DNA of 32,000 nucleotides. Origin: Propionibacterium freudenreichii subsp. freudenreichii. Lineage in GTDB: Bacteria; Actinomycetota; Actinomycetes; Propionibacteriales; Propionibacteriaceae. This document shows, in pieces, positions 8,759 through 17,422 of this stretch. The DNA lies in the NCBI RefSeq assembly GCF_000940845.1, contig NZ_CP010341.1, positions 990,001-1,022,000 on the forward strand, in the 5' to 3' direction. The translations under genes were made by a program, and so were the position numbers. The notes beneath the pieces were generated by a model. It was not told where the DNA came from, ran no database searches, and saw nothing but the letters and a program-made list of their open reading frames with translations. Numbering within the stretch: position 1 is the stretch's first letter; every line of letters begins with the position of its first letter.

Positions 8759-9853
8759 GTGAGCCAGAAGAAGCGCAAGCAGGCCCGGACGTCCCCGAAG
8801 GCATCGGGTTCGCCCCGTCCCGGGACATCACAGGGAGCACGCCAGGCCCCGCGCAGTGGAAGCGCGAGCGCCTCGCGGGTGGGGAGCGCTGGGCGCGGAT
8901 CGGGGCGGTTGCAGCCCGACTACCCCTATCAGCCGATGTTCACGATGCCCGCCAGTGAGCCGATGCCGGGCGTCGACTATGCGTTGGTGATGCGCTCGCC
9001 CGCGCCCGGGGGAGCGATGAGGGCCATTACGGGCCTGGCGCTCGTGGCGGCGGGGTACCTGCTGATCACCCAGATCCTGCTCTACCTGGGCGCCTGGCTG
9101 TCATGGCTGGCACGGGGACAACACGGCAGCATGCAGGACGGCTATGCCGCCGTGGCCGGCTATCAGGTGCCCGAGGGCATCGTGATCGTGAACCTGGCCC
9201 TGGCCGCGGCGATCATCGTCGTGCTCGTGATTGCCCGCTGGTGCAATGGCCGTCAACCGGGCTGGTTGGTCTCGGTGCGCCCGGGGATGCGCTGGGGATT
9301 CCTGGCATGTGCCGTCGTGGTGGGCCTGGTGGTGCTCAATGGCATCTACCTACTGGCGCCCGCGCGGGCGGCCCTGCACTGGAACCCGCCATCCAATGCC
9401 TGGCTGTTGATGGTGCTGGTCGTGGTCACCTCGCCCCTGCAGGCCGCCGGCGAGGAGTTCCTCTTCCGGGGCTACCTGCAACAGGCCCTCGGTGCCCTGA
9501 CCGGTAGGTCCTGGGTAGCACTGATCGTCTCGGCGCTCGTCTTCGCCGCGATGCATGGTTCGCAGAACCTTCCGCTGTTCATCGACCGCTTCGGCTTCGG
9601 ACTGATCGCGGGCGGCATGGTGCTGGCCACCGGAGGACTTGAGGCATCGATCGCGGCGCACGCGGCGAACAACGTCAGCAGTTTCGGCTACGCGATCGCC
9701 GGTGGCACCCTCGCCCAGACCCGACAGATCTCGGCAAGCAACTGGGCCACCACCGGGAGCAATGTGGTCGGTTATCTCGTCACCGGAGTGGCGATGGTCG
9801 CCGTCGCGCGCCTGCTGCGCCTGCGCCGGGTCACCCCGGATACCCCAAGTTGA
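8759..9853 (+). CDS. CPBP-family (CAAX/Abi) intramembrane glutamic endopeptidase with a basic Ser/Arg/Gly-rich N-terminal tail
   Basis: Motifs AGEEFLFRGYL, FAAMHG and AAHAANN lie in a polytopic hydrophobic body. GTG start without a Shine-Dalgarno sequence. The alternative ATG at 8936 would remove the disordered tail. Confidence 0.7.
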   Translation: MSQKKRKQARTSPKASGSPRPGTSQGARQAPRSGSASASRVGSAGRGSGRLQPDYPYQPMFTMPASEPMPGVDYALVMRSPAPGGAMRAITGLALVAAGYLLITQILLYLGAWLSWLARGQHGSMQDGYAAVAGYQVPEGIVIVNLALAAAIIVVLVIARWCNGRQPGWLVSVRPGMRWGFLACAVVVGLVVLNGIYLLAPARAALHWNPPSNAWLLMVLVVVTSPLQAAGEEFLFRGYLQQALGALTGRSWVALIVSALVFAAMHGSQNLPLFIDRFGFGLIAGGMVLATGGLEASIAAHAANNVSSFGYAIAGGTLAQTRQISASNWATTGSNVVGYLVTGVAMVAVARLLRLRRVTPDTPS

Positions 9854-9917
9854 TAGTTCCGAACCGATTCTGTAGAGTTTGTGGGCGTTGTCACCGCGGA
9901 AACGCCAAGGGTGACGA

Positions 9918-9989
9918 TGGGGTATGGGGTAATTGGCAGCCCGCCGGATTCTGGTTCCGTCAGTCCAGGTTCGAGTCCTGGTACCCCAG
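9918..9989 (+). tRNA. tRNA-Gln (anticodon CTG)
   Basis: Hand-folded 72-nt cloverleaf: acceptor TGGGGTA/TACCCCA, anticodon loop TTCTGGT, T-arm CCAGG-TTCGAGT-CCTGG. No CCA is encoded. Confidence 0.85.
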
Positions 9990-10082
9990 CGCATGTGGGA
10001 TTCGGAGCAGTTGTGGTCCGGTCCGCATACGCTGGAACGACAAGTGAATAGCTAAGCGTCCGAATCACTTCGGACAAGACTT

Positions 10083-10155
10083 GGCCCCGTTGTGTAGCGG
10101 CCTAGCACGCGGCCCTCTCAAGGCTGAAACGGCGGTTCGAATCCGCTCGGGGCTA
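10083..10155 (+). tRNA. tRNA-Glu (anticodon CTC)
   Basis: Hand-folded 73-nt cloverleaf: acceptor GGCCCCG/CGGGGCT, D-arm GTGT-AGCGGCCTA-GCAC, anticodon loop CTCTCAA, T-loop TTCGAAT. Confidence 0.85.
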
Positions 10156-10161
10156 CAAGTG

Positions 10162-10199
10162 AGTGAAGGCTCCCACCTGATCAGGTGGGAGCCTTCACT
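10162..10199. terminator. Perfect 38-nt palindrome between tRNA-Glu and the convergent IclR gene (probable bidirectional terminator)
   Basis: AGTGAAGGCTCCCACCTGA|TCAGGTGGGAGCCTTCACT starts 7 nt after the tRNA 3' end and ends 56 nt before the stop of the minus-strand IclR gene. There is no U-tract. Confidence 0.5.
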
Positions 10200-10254
10200 G
10201 CGTTGTCGTCGGGGGTGAATGTTGCCGGAGTGGATCGCCTGGCGCCGAAGCCGC

Positions 10255-10983
10255 TCAGCCCTCCGAGACCGCGGCCCTGCGCAGTACCTCGGAAAGGTGC
10301 TCCGCAGCGGCGATCACCGCCGGGGCATGGAGTCGGCCGGGCTGGCGGGTCAGGCGCTCAATCGGTCCGGACACCGACACGGCGGCCAGTACCTTTCCGG
10401 CGGGGGCCCGCACGGGCGCCGACACCGACGCCACGCCGGGTTCACGCTCCCCAACCGATTGTGCCCAACCGCGGCGACGCACCGTGTTCAGTGCCACCGC
10501 GGAGAAGCTCGCAGAGGCCAGGCCGGCCTGGATGCGGTCGGGATCGTCCCAGGCCAACAGCACCTGCGCGGCGGAACCGGCGTTCATGGTGAGTTGGGCA
10601 CCCACCGGGATGGTGTCGCGCAGTCCCGACGGGCGCTCGGCGGCCGCCACGCAGATGCGCACATCGCCCTGCCGGCGATAGAGCTGGGCCGACTCCCCGG
10701 TGACGTCACGAAGCCGGGCAAGGATCGGTCCGGCGGTGGCCAACAGGCGGTCCTCGCCGGCCGCGGCCGCCAATTCCACCAGTCTGGGTCCCAGCACGAA
10801 GCGGCCCTGCAGGTCGCGTCCGACCAGCCGGTGATGCTCCAGTGCGACGGCAAGACGATGCGCCGTCGGACGGGCCAGTCCCGTAGACTGGACCAGGCCA
10901 GCCAATGTCGTCGGTCCCTGTTCCAGGGCACCCAGCACGAGCGCCGCCTTGTCGAGGACGCCCACCCCACTCGAATTGTCCAT
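10255..10983 (-). CDS. IclR-family transcriptional regulator (LtbR/NdgR-like, divergent from leuCD)
   Basis: 242 aa with an N-terminal IclR HTH (VLDKAALVLGALEQGPTTLAGLVQSTGLARPTAHRLAVAL) and a C-terminal IclR effector domain. The conserved divergent position next to leuC matches actinobacterial LtbR/NdgR/Rv2989. Confidence 0.85.
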   Translation of the reverse strand: MDNSSGVGVLDKAALVLGALEQGPTTLAGLVQSTGLARPTAHRLAVALEHHRLVGRDLQGRFVLGPRLVELAAAAGEDRLLATAGPILARLRDVTGESAQLYRRQGDVRICVAAAERPSGLRDTIPVGAQLTMNAGSAAQVLLAWDDPDRIQAGLASASFSAVALNTVRRRGWAQSVGEREPGVASVSAPVRAPAGKVLAAVSVSGPIERLTRQPGRLHAPAVIAAAEHLSEVLRRAAVSEG

Positions 10984-10988
10984 AGAGT

Positions 10989-11002
10989 GAGATTATCATC
11001 TC
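10989..11002. promoter_or_regulatory. Candidate operator palindrome GAGAT-N4-ATCTC in the IclR/leuC divergent region
   Basis: 5-bp arms lie in the AT-richest stretch of the 52-bp intergenic region and overlap the -10-like TAATCT of the IclR gene. Function is inferred only. Confidence 0.25.
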
Positions 11003-11035
11003 GTATTCTGGTATGGCAAGGGCATAATGACTGTC

Positions 11036-12436
11036 ATGGCATCAACACTCGTGGAAAAAATCTGGAACGATCATGTGGTTCGCAGCACCGCGGGCGAGCC
11101 CGACCTGCTCTACATCGATCTTCAGCTCGCCCACGAGGTGACGAGCCCACAGGCTTTCGAGGGGCTGCGTCTGGCGAACCGCAGGGTGCGTCATCCCGAA
11201 CTGACGGTGGCCACCGAGGACCACAACATCCCCACTACAAACGTCTTCAAGCCGATCGCCGACCCCGTCTCGCGCACGCAGGTGGAGACCCTGCGGGCCA
11301 ATTGCGCCGAGTTCGGGGTGCCGATCCACTCCATGGGCGACCGTGAGCAGGGCATCGTGCACGTCATGGGGCCCCAGCTCGGCCTCACCCAGCCGGGGAT
11401 GACCATCGTCTGCGGGGATTCGCACACCGCCACCCATGGCGCCTTCGGAGCCCTGGCCTTCGGCATCGGCACCAGCGAAGTGGAACACGTACTGGCCACC
11501 CAGACCCTGCCCCAGGCCCGGCCCAAGACCATGGCGGTCAACGTCGTGGGCGACCTGCCGGACGGCGTGGGGCCCAAGGACCTCATCCTGGCGCTGATCT
11601 CCCAGGTGGGGACCGGCGGCGGTCAGGGGCACGTGGCGGAATACCGCGGCAAGGCCATCGAGGACATGTCGATGGAGGGTCGGATGACCATCTGCAATAT
11701 GTCCATTGAATGGGGTGCCAAGGCGGGCCTGATCGCTCCCGACCAGACCACCTTCGACTACGTCAAGGGCCGTGAGCATGCGCCCAAGGGCGCTGATTGG
11801 GACGCTGCGGTCGAGTACTGGAAGGGCCTGCGCACCGACGACGACGCGACCTTCGACGTCGAGGTGACCCTGGACGTCAGCAAGCTGACCCCGTTCGTCA
11901 CCTGGGGAACCAATCCCGGCCAGGGCGTTCCGCTGGGCGCCAATGTGCCCGATCCGGCTGCCTTCGATACCGAGGTCGAGCGCGCGGCCGCGACCCGGGC
12001 CCTGGAGTACATGGGGCTGAAGGCCGGCACGCCGATGCGTGACATCGCCGTCCAGACGGTCTTCATCGGGTCGTGCACGAACGGTCGCATGGAGGACCTG
12101 CGGGCAGCCGCCTCGGTGATGAAGGGACACAAGGTCTCCGATTCGGTGCGCGTATTGGTTGTCCCCGGTTCGGATGCCGTGCGCGAGCAGGCCATGGCCG
12201 AGGGACTCGACAAGGTGTTCACCGATGCCGGAGCCGAATGGCGCCATGCCGGGTGCTCGATGTGCCTGGCCATGAACCCGGACAAGCTGGCCCCCGGCGA
12301 GCGCGCCGCGTCGACCTCAAACCGGAACTTCGAGGGCCGACAGGGCAAGGGTGGACGTACCCACCTGGTGAGCCCGGTCGTTGCCGCCGCCACCGCCATC
12401 GCCGGTCATCTGGCCGCCCCCGCCGACCTGTCATAA
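11036..12436 (+). CDS. leuC: 3-isopropylmalate dehydratase large subunit
   Basis: [15 protein letters not shown]... is colinear with LeuC N-termini, and aconitase-family motifs are present (GDSHT, CTNGR). ATG 11036 lies 7 nt after CATAAT. The longest ORF starts at 11027. Confidence 0.9.
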   Translation: MASTLVEKIWNDHVVRSTAGEPDLLYIDLQLAHEVTSPQAFEGLRLANRRVRHPELTVATEDHNIPTTNVFKPIADPVSRTQVETLRANCAEFGVPIHSMGDREQGIVHVMGPQLGLTQPGMTIVCGDSHTATHGAFGALAFGIGTSEVEHVLATQTLPQARPKTMAVNVVGDLPDGVGPKDLILALISQVGTGGGQGHVAEYRGKAIEDMSMEGRMTICNMSIEWGAKAGLIAPDQTTFDYVKGREHAPKGADWDAAVEYWKGLRTDDDATFDVEVTLDVSKLTPFVTWGTNPGQGVPLGANVPDPAAFDTEVERAAATRALEYMGLKAGTPMRDIAVQTVFIGSCTNGRMEDLRAAASVMKGHKVSDSVRVLVVPGSDAVREQAMAEGLDKVFTDAGAEWRHAGCSMCLAMNPDKLAPGERAASTSNRNFEGRQGKGGRTHLVSPVVAAATAIAGHLAAPADLS

Positions 12437-12449
12437 AGAGGAAACCATC

Positions 12450-13046
12450 ATGGATAAGTTCACCACCCACAGCGGCGTCACCGTTCCGCTGCGACGCAGC
12501 AATGTCGACACCGACCAGATCATCCCGGCCGTCTACCTGAAGCGGGTCACGCGCAGTGGCTTCGAGGACGGGCTGTTCAAGAGCTGGCGCGACGACCCCG
12601 ATTTCGTGCTCAACCAGGACGCCTACAAGAACGGCACGGTGCTGGTGGTCGGGCCTGATTTCGGCACCGGCAGCTCACGCGAGCACGCGGTGTGGGCGCT
12701 TCAGAACTATGGCTTCAAGGCGGTCATCGGCTCACGCTTCGGCGACATCTTCCGGGGTAATGCGGGCAAGGCCGGCCTTCTGCTGGCCACCGTCCCCCCG
12801 GAGGTCGTCGAGGAGCTGTGGACCTATGCCGAGGACAATCCCGGTGCCAGGGTGACCGTCGACCTCGAGGCTCGTCGGCTCACTGCCGGCGACAAGTCAT
12901 ATCCCTTCGATGTCGACGACTACACCCGTCACCGCCTGCTCGAGGGCCTGGACGATATCTCGCTCACCCTGCGCCACGAGGATGACATCAAGGCTTATGA
13001 GGACAAGCGTCCGAGCTTCAAGCCGGTGACCACCGAGGTCGCCTGA
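12450..13046 (+). CDS. leuD: 3-isopropylmalate dehydratase small subunit
   Basis: [26 protein letters not shown]... The Shine-Dalgarno AAGAGG lies 8 nt upstream, and the start is 13 nt after the leuC stop. Confidence 0.9.
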   Translation: MDKFTTHSGVTVPLRRSNVDTDQIIPAVYLKRVTRSGFEDGLFKSWRDDPDFVLNQDAYKNGTVLVVGPDFGTGSSREHAVWALQNYGFKAVIGSRFGDIFRGNAGKAGLLLATVPPEVVEELWTYAEDNPGARVTVDLEARRLTAGDKSYPFDVDDYTRHRLLEGLDDISLTLRHEDDIKAYEDKRPSFKPVTTEVA

Positions 13047-13073
13047 CCCGACATCCGGTCACAATTCGTCCGC

Positions 13074-13113
13074 ACGGCCCGGCTGCCACTCCTTGCGGGG
13101 GCAGCCGGGCCGT
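13074..13113 (+). terminator. GC-rich hairpin downstream of leuD
   Basis: A 14-bp stem ACGGCCCGGCTGCC / GGCAGCCGGGCCGT with a 12-nt loop starts 28 nt after the leuD stop. There is no clear U-tract. Confidence 0.45.
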
Positions 13114-13176
13114 CGGCATGTCAACGGCCGGACCAGCCCCGGTACCCCCCCGCGGTCCGGCGCCGGGGCTGTCAGA

Positions 13177-13980
13177 ATGGTGGCCATGAACAGCGATGTC
13201 GCTCCGGATAGGCGCCTGTACCTGGGCAGGTTGGGACGGGCGAACCACGAGCCGGCAAATCGCACGTTCCGCTTCGCGGCCCGCCTGGCAGGGGTCATCC
13301 TCAGGCCCATTGCCCGGCTGCACCTTTCGGGTCAGGAGAACCTGCCGACAACCGGTGCCGCGATCATCGTGCCGAACCACCTGTGTGACCTGGACCCCCT
13401 CGTGGTGGGCTACTTCCTCGTCTGGGGTGGTCGATGGCCGCACTTCCTGGCGCGGGCCAATCTGTTCACCATGCCGGTGCTCGGCCGCCTGCTGAGGGCC
13501 CTGGAACAAATCCCCGTCGAAAGGGGCTCGGTGAGTGCTGCCGGGTCCCTGGCCGAAGCCCAGCACGAGTTGGAGGCGGGCAAGGTCGTGATCGTGTATC
13601 CGGAGGGGACCTTCACCTACGATCCCGATGAGTGGCCGATGGCCGGCCACACCGGCGCCGCGCGGTTGGCGCTGCGGACCGGGGCACCCGTGGTCCCCAT
13701 CGGCCAGTGGGGCGCAAACTTCATCATTCCGCCGCGCCACAAGCGTCGACCGAAGCTCCTGGGGCGAAGCGATGTCACAGTGCATGCCGGCGCCCGGCTC
13801 GACCTGGCCGACCTCGTGGCGCGGGGCGAGTCGGATCGACATGCCGTCCATGACGCCACGGTGCGCATCATGGACGCCATCACCCATGAGGTCAGCGCCG
13901 TCCGGGACCTGCCGGCGCCACATGGACGTTGGCACCCGGGCCGCAAGAAGCGGGTCGATCCGGCGCAGGCGGTGCTCTAG
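13177..13980 (+). CDS. Lysophospholipid (1-acyl-glycerol-3-phosphate-type, PlsC family) acyltransferase
   Basis: The HX4D motif (PNHLCDLDP) and the YPEGT motif are present. Start ATG 13177 is chosen over the longer ORF from 13093. Confidence 0.8.
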   Translation: MVAMNSDVAPDRRLYLGRLGRANHEPANRTFRFAARLAGVILRPIARLHLSGQENLPTTGAAIIVPNHLCDLDPLVVGYFLVWGGRWPHFLARANLFTMPVLGRLLRALEQIPVERGSVSAAGSLAEAQHELEAGKVVIVYPEGTFTYDPDEWPMAGHTGAARLALRTGAPVVPIGQWGANFIIPPRHKRRPKLLGRSDVTVHAGARLDLADLVARGESDRHAVHDATVRIMDAITHEVSAVRDLPAPHGRWHPGRKKRVDPAQAVL

Positions 13981-14053
13981 CGCCAGCGTTTCCGCTCGCC
14001 CCGGACCCGTGGGGGATCGCTACTCTTTGCAAGAGCACTTCGGAAGGAAGCCC

Positions 14054-15181
14054 ATGGCCTCGGATACTGCAGACCTGATCAATGTGGCCGTCATCTTCGG
14101 CGGCCAGTCGAACGAGCACGAGGTGTCGTGCCTCACGGCCGCCGGCGTCCTCGGCGCCATCGACCAGACCCGCTACCGGGTTCACGGGATCGGCATCGAC
14201 AAGTCAGGTCTGTGGCACCGCTACTCGGTCGACGAGATTCGTGCCCTGCAGATCGTCGACGGCGTGATGCCCTCAATTGGCGCGGACCATCCGCTCGCGG
14301 AACTCTTCCGCGACGCCGGGGGAGTCCACCTGGCGACCCTGGATGAGGATCGGCTCACTGCCCGCGAGCCCATCGACGTCGCTTTTCCCCTCATGCACGG
14401 CGCCTACGCCGAGGACGGAACCGTCCAGGGGAAGCTGGAAATGCTCGGCCTGAAGTATGTGGGCTGCGGCGTCACCAGCAGCGCCCTGGGGATGGACAAG
14501 GAGTACACCCACACCGTCCTCGAGGCGGCGGGAGTCCCCGCGGCTGCCTGGGTGCGCGTGGGACGCGACGAATGGATGCGTGATCCGGATGCCATCGTGG
14601 CCCGGATCGGCAGCCAGCTCGGCTATCCGGTGTTCGTCAAGCCCGCGCGGGGAGGATCCTCGGTGGGCATCAGCCGCGTCACCGGGCCGGACTCGCTGGC
14701 CGCCGCCATCGACGCAGCGCGCCTGGTTGATCCGAAGGTGCTCGTGGAACAGGCAGTGGTCGGTGCCCGTGAGGTGGAGTGCGGGATCCTCGGCGGGGAT
14801 GGCACGGCCCCCCGCGCGTCGCACACCGGCGAGATCGTCATGCATACCGAGGACCGCTTCTACGACTACCGGGCGAAGTACCTGCCCGAGGAACAAGTCG
14901 ACCTGCGGGTGCCGGCCGGACTCGAGCCCCAGGTGGAACGGCGGGTCCAGGAACTGGCACTGCAGTGCTTCACGGCCCTGGACTGCGAGGGGCTGGCCCG
15001 CGTGGACACCTTCGTCCTGCCCGATGGGCAGGTGCTGATCAATGAGATCAACACCATGCCCGGATTCACCAAGTTCTCGATGTATCCGAATATGTGGCGG
15101 GCCAGCGGAATCGACTACCCCGAGCTGATCGACCAGCTCATCGCCCTGGCGCTGTCACGCCCGGCCACGGTGCTGCGCTAG
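14054..15181 (+). CDS. ddl: D-alanine--D-alanine ligase
   Basis: VAVIFGGQSNEHEVSCLTA..., an ATP-grasp body, and INEINTMPGFT near the C-terminus. The Shine-Dalgarno GGAAGGAAG lies upstream of ATG 14054. Confidence 0.9.
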   Translation: MASDTADLINVAVIFGGQSNEHEVSCLTAAGVLGAIDQTRYRVHGIGIDKSGLWHRYSVDEIRALQIVDGVMPSIGADHPLAELFRDAGGVHLATLDEDRLTAREPIDVAFPLMHGAYAEDGTVQGKLEMLGLKYVGCGVTSSALGMDKEYTHTVLEAAGVPAAAWVRVGRDEWMRDPDAIVARIGSQLGYPVFVKPARGGSSVGISRVTGPDSLAAAIDAARLVDPKVLVEQAVVGAREVECGILGGDGTAPRASHTGEIVMHTEDRFYDYRAKYLPEEQVDLRVPAGLEPQVERRVQELALQCFTALDCEGLARVDTFVLPDGQVLINEINTMPGFTKFSMYPNMWRASGIDYPELIDQLIALALSRPATVLR

Positions 15182-15182
15182 G
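15177..15182. repeat. Target-site duplication GCTAGG (left copy, contains the ddl TAG stop)
   Basis: Identical hexamer at 16276-16281. The CTAG core fits the known NCTAGN preference of IS481. Confidence 0.8.
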
Positions 15183-16275
15183 TGTACTTCCCCGGGAGGT
15201 TGTGAACGGGTGAGGTAGCGAAGACCTCCGGGCAGGATGTGGGTTACCACACTCACTCTCCTGACCACGGAGGTCTTCGTGACTCACGCTAACGCACCCT
15301 TGACACCGGAAGGGCGTCGTCGTCTTGCTGTTCTCGTCGTGGAACAGGGCTGGTCGTTGCGGCGGGCGGCGGAACGGTTCCAGTGCTCGCCCGCGACGGT
15401 GAAGCGGTGGGCCGACAGGTACCGGGCAGGGCTGCCGTTGATCGACCGTAGTTCGAGGCCCACCTCGTCACCGAACCGGCTTCCGCGTAAGACGGAGCAT
15501 CGGATCGTCGCGTTGCGGTTCACTCGCCGGTGGGGTCCGCACCGGATCGCGTATCACCTGCGGTTGCACCGTTCCACGGTCGGTCGGGTGCTCGCCCGAT
15601 ACAAGATGCCGAAGCTGATCAACATCGACCAGGCCACCGGGCTGCCGGTTCGCCGCCCGAAGCCGAAACGGTACGAGGTCGCCGCGCCGGGCGAGCTCGT
15701 GCACGTAGATATCAAGAAACAAGGCCGGATCCCCGACGGCGGCGGGTGGCGTGCCCACGGTCGCGGATCCATGCAGGACCGTCACGCGGGAGTGGCCCGC
15801 GACAAGGCAGCCCGTGCCGGGGCAGCCGGCTCTCGCGGCTACCGGTATCTGCACCACGCCGTGGACGACCACTCCCGGATCGCGTACTCAGAGATCCTTG
15901 ACGACGAGCGCAAAGAGACCGCAGCGGGGTTCTGGACCCGCGCGAACGCGTTCTTCGCAGGCCTGGGCGTCACAGTCACCGCGGTGATGACCGACAACGG
16001 TTCCTGCTACCGGTCAGGCGCCTTCGCTGACGCGCTCGGCGACGAGGTGAAGCACAAGTGGACCCGGCCATACCGGCCGCAGACCAACGGCAAGGTCGAG
16101 CGGTTCAACCGAACCCTCGCCGTCGAGTGGGCCTACGCGAAGCCCTACGCCAGCGAAGCCGAGCGCGCCGCAGCCTACGAGACCTGGCTCCATCACTACA
16201 ATCACCACAGACCCCACACCGGGATCGGCGGCCAGACTCCCTCAGCCCGCGTTCACAACGTCACGGGGAAGTACA
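15183..16275 (+). mobile_element. IS481-family insertion sequence (1093 bp)
   Basis: Imperfect 26-bp IRs match at 24/26 positions: TGTACTTCCCCGGGAGGTTGTGAACG at 15183-15208, and the reverse complement of 16250-16275, TGTACTTCCCCGTGACGTTGTGAACG. The element is flanked by a 6-bp direct repeat GCTAGG and holds a single DDE transposase. Confidence 0.85.
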
Positions 16276-16280
16276 GCTAG
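15279..16280 (+). CDS. IS481-family transposase (HTH plus integrase-core/rve DDE domain)
   Basis: N-terminal HTH (WSLRRAAERFQCSPATVKRWADRY), an rve-type core (VHVDIKK.., MTDNGSCY.., YRPQTNGKVERFNRTL) and an HHRPH motif. GTG 15279 lies 5 nt after GGAGG. Confidence 0.85.
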   Translation: MTHANAPLTPEGRRRLAVLVVEQGWSLRRAAERFQCSPATVKRWADRYRAGLPLIDRSSRPTSSPNRLPRKTEHRIVALRFTRRWGPHRIAYHLRLHRSTVGRVLARYKMPKLINIDQATGLPVRRPKPKRYEVAAPGELVHVDIKKQGRIPDGGGWRAHGRGSMQDRHAGVARDKAARAGAAGSRGYRYLHHAVDDHSRIAYSEILDDERKETAAGFWTRANAFFAGLGVTVTAVMTDNGSCYRSGAFADALGDEVKHKWTRPYRPQTNGKVERFNRTLAVEWAYAKPYASEAERAAAYETWLHHYNHHRPHTGIGGQTPSARVHNVTGKYS

Positions 16281-16281
16281 G
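16276..16281. repeat. Target-site duplication GCTAGG (right copy, supplies the transposase stop codon)
   Basis: Identical to 15177-15182. The transposase frame reads ..AAG TAC A|GC TAG across the IS/target junction. Confidence 0.8.
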
Positions 16282-16317
16282 GGCAGTCACCGCGGCGGGC
16301 GCCACAGCGGGGATTGC

Positions 16318-17313
16318 TCAGGAGCGTGCGGTTGCCGGCTGCGGGTGCGCCACCGGCCCGGCGACCTCGCGAGGGCCACGATTCTGCGCAACGACCTGCT
16401 GGAATGCCGGAAGCTGGGTGTACAGCTCATCGGTCAGCGGATTGCGTCGACGCCTGATGATGGTGCGCAGCTGGTAGGCCGCCACGGCGACATTCGCCAG
16501 CAGCGCCACCGCCGACACGGTGAACAACGCCACCGGGCTTCCCGAGGCGTCCACCGAGAACCGGGAATCGGTCACGAAGGCCGGCACGGCCATGGTGAAC
16601 ATCATCCACAGGGCAAGGGTTCCGGCCCGGTGCTGCAGCCATGCGCCCTTCTTGATGAAGAAGGCGGGAATCGTGCATGAAATGAGCAGCGCCGCACCCG
16701 CATAGAAGGAATGGTCACCCACGCAGTTGTAGACATAGGCAAAGTTCCACAGGTCGTAGGCGATGATCCAGAACCACAACATGTCGGGCCAGATCATGTC
16801 CTTCGACTTGTCGCGGGAGATGAAGATGCCGAACCAACCGCAGATGGTGAGCAGGTTGAGCAGCCCGGCGACGCCGTTCATCCAGTTCCACGGCCCCGAC
16901 AGCATGTAGACACCATCGACCATCCCGTTGGCATGCATACCGCCCACCTGGAAGTCACGGATGCAGGCCTCGAGGATGTTGATCGCGAGGATGAGGGGCG
17001 GGAAGCACAGCGCCCACTTCCGCGCCGCGAGCCGGGGGTGGTAGCGCAGTGCCATGAACCCCAGTACGCCGGCCAATGCCGAATAGACCTTCACCCAGTG
17101 GAACCAGGTACCCGTTGAGGATCCGGCGCCGGCCGAGGTGGGCCACACGAAGATCGTCAGGATGATGGGAAGCGCCACGAAAATGGCGAGTCCCGCCCAG
17201 CGGAACCATCGGGTGAGTTCATTGAGCCCGATGAGGGCTCCCAGCACGACGAACCATGCCACCCATGAGTACCAGGGGATGGAAGCGAATAGGAACACGT
17301 CTCTGTCCTCCAT
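16318..17313 (-). CDS. Uncharacterised polytopic membrane protein (~9 predicted TM segments, Trp-rich)
   Basis: The 331-338 aa ORF has coding-like GC3 and repeated hydrophobic segments (FASIPWYSWVAWFVVLGALIGL, WAGLAIFVALPIILTIFVW, etc.). From memory it resembles DUF5692-type proteins, but I cannot verify this. Start is uncertain (ATG 17313, GTG 17319 or TTG 17334; GGAGG at about 17326-17330). Confidence 0.65.
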   Translation of the reverse strand: MEDRDVFLFASIPWYSWVAWFVVLGALIGLNELTRWFRWAGLAIFVALPIILTIFVWPTSAGAGSSTGTWFHWVKVYSALAGVLGFMALRYHPRLAARKWALCFPPLILAINILEACIRDFQVGGMHANGMVDGVYMLSGPWNWMNGVAGLLNLLTICGWFGIFISRDKSKDMIWPDMLWFWIIAYDLWNFAYVYNCVGDHSFYAGAALLISCTIPAFFIKKGAWLQHRAGTLALWMMFTMAVPAFVTDSRFSVDASGSPVALFTVSAVALLANVAVAAYQLRTIIRRRRNPLTDELYTQLPAFQQVVAQNRGPREVAGPVAHPQPATARS

Positions 17314-17384
17314 CGTCACGAGGCCCCTCCCCAACGAGCGGCCCCTGTAGGCGGCACGTTACGGTGGGCGTGCGCGCCGCGCGA

Positions 17385-17408
17385 TGGACAGATTTACGAA
17401 AGTGTCCA
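17385..17408. promoter_or_regulatory. Candidate TetR operator: TGGACA-N12-TGTCCA
   Basis: The 6-bp inverted arms flank an AT-rich core (GATTTACGAAAG), 15 nt upstream of the SD-preceded TetR start in the divergent intergenic region. Confidence 0.3.
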
Positions 17409-17422
17409 GTGGAGGACCGACC

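Noticed and set aside
9850-10047. 65-aa ORF spanning tRNA-Gln (and the minus-strand ORFs 9772-10077 and 9350-9994)
   Set aside because: They overlap a well-folding tRNA and the CPBP 3' end, and show no coding signature.
10219-11346. 375-aa plus-strand ORF running through the IclR gene and into leuC
   Set aside because: It is antisense to a clear IclR regulator and out of frame with leuC. The translation is Arg/Gly-rich.
13171-13192. TGTCAGAA-N8-ATGAAC upstream of, and overlapping, the acyltransferase start
   Set aside because: Only the TGTCAG core matches. There is no TAnnnT hexamer, and the motif overlaps the start codon itself.
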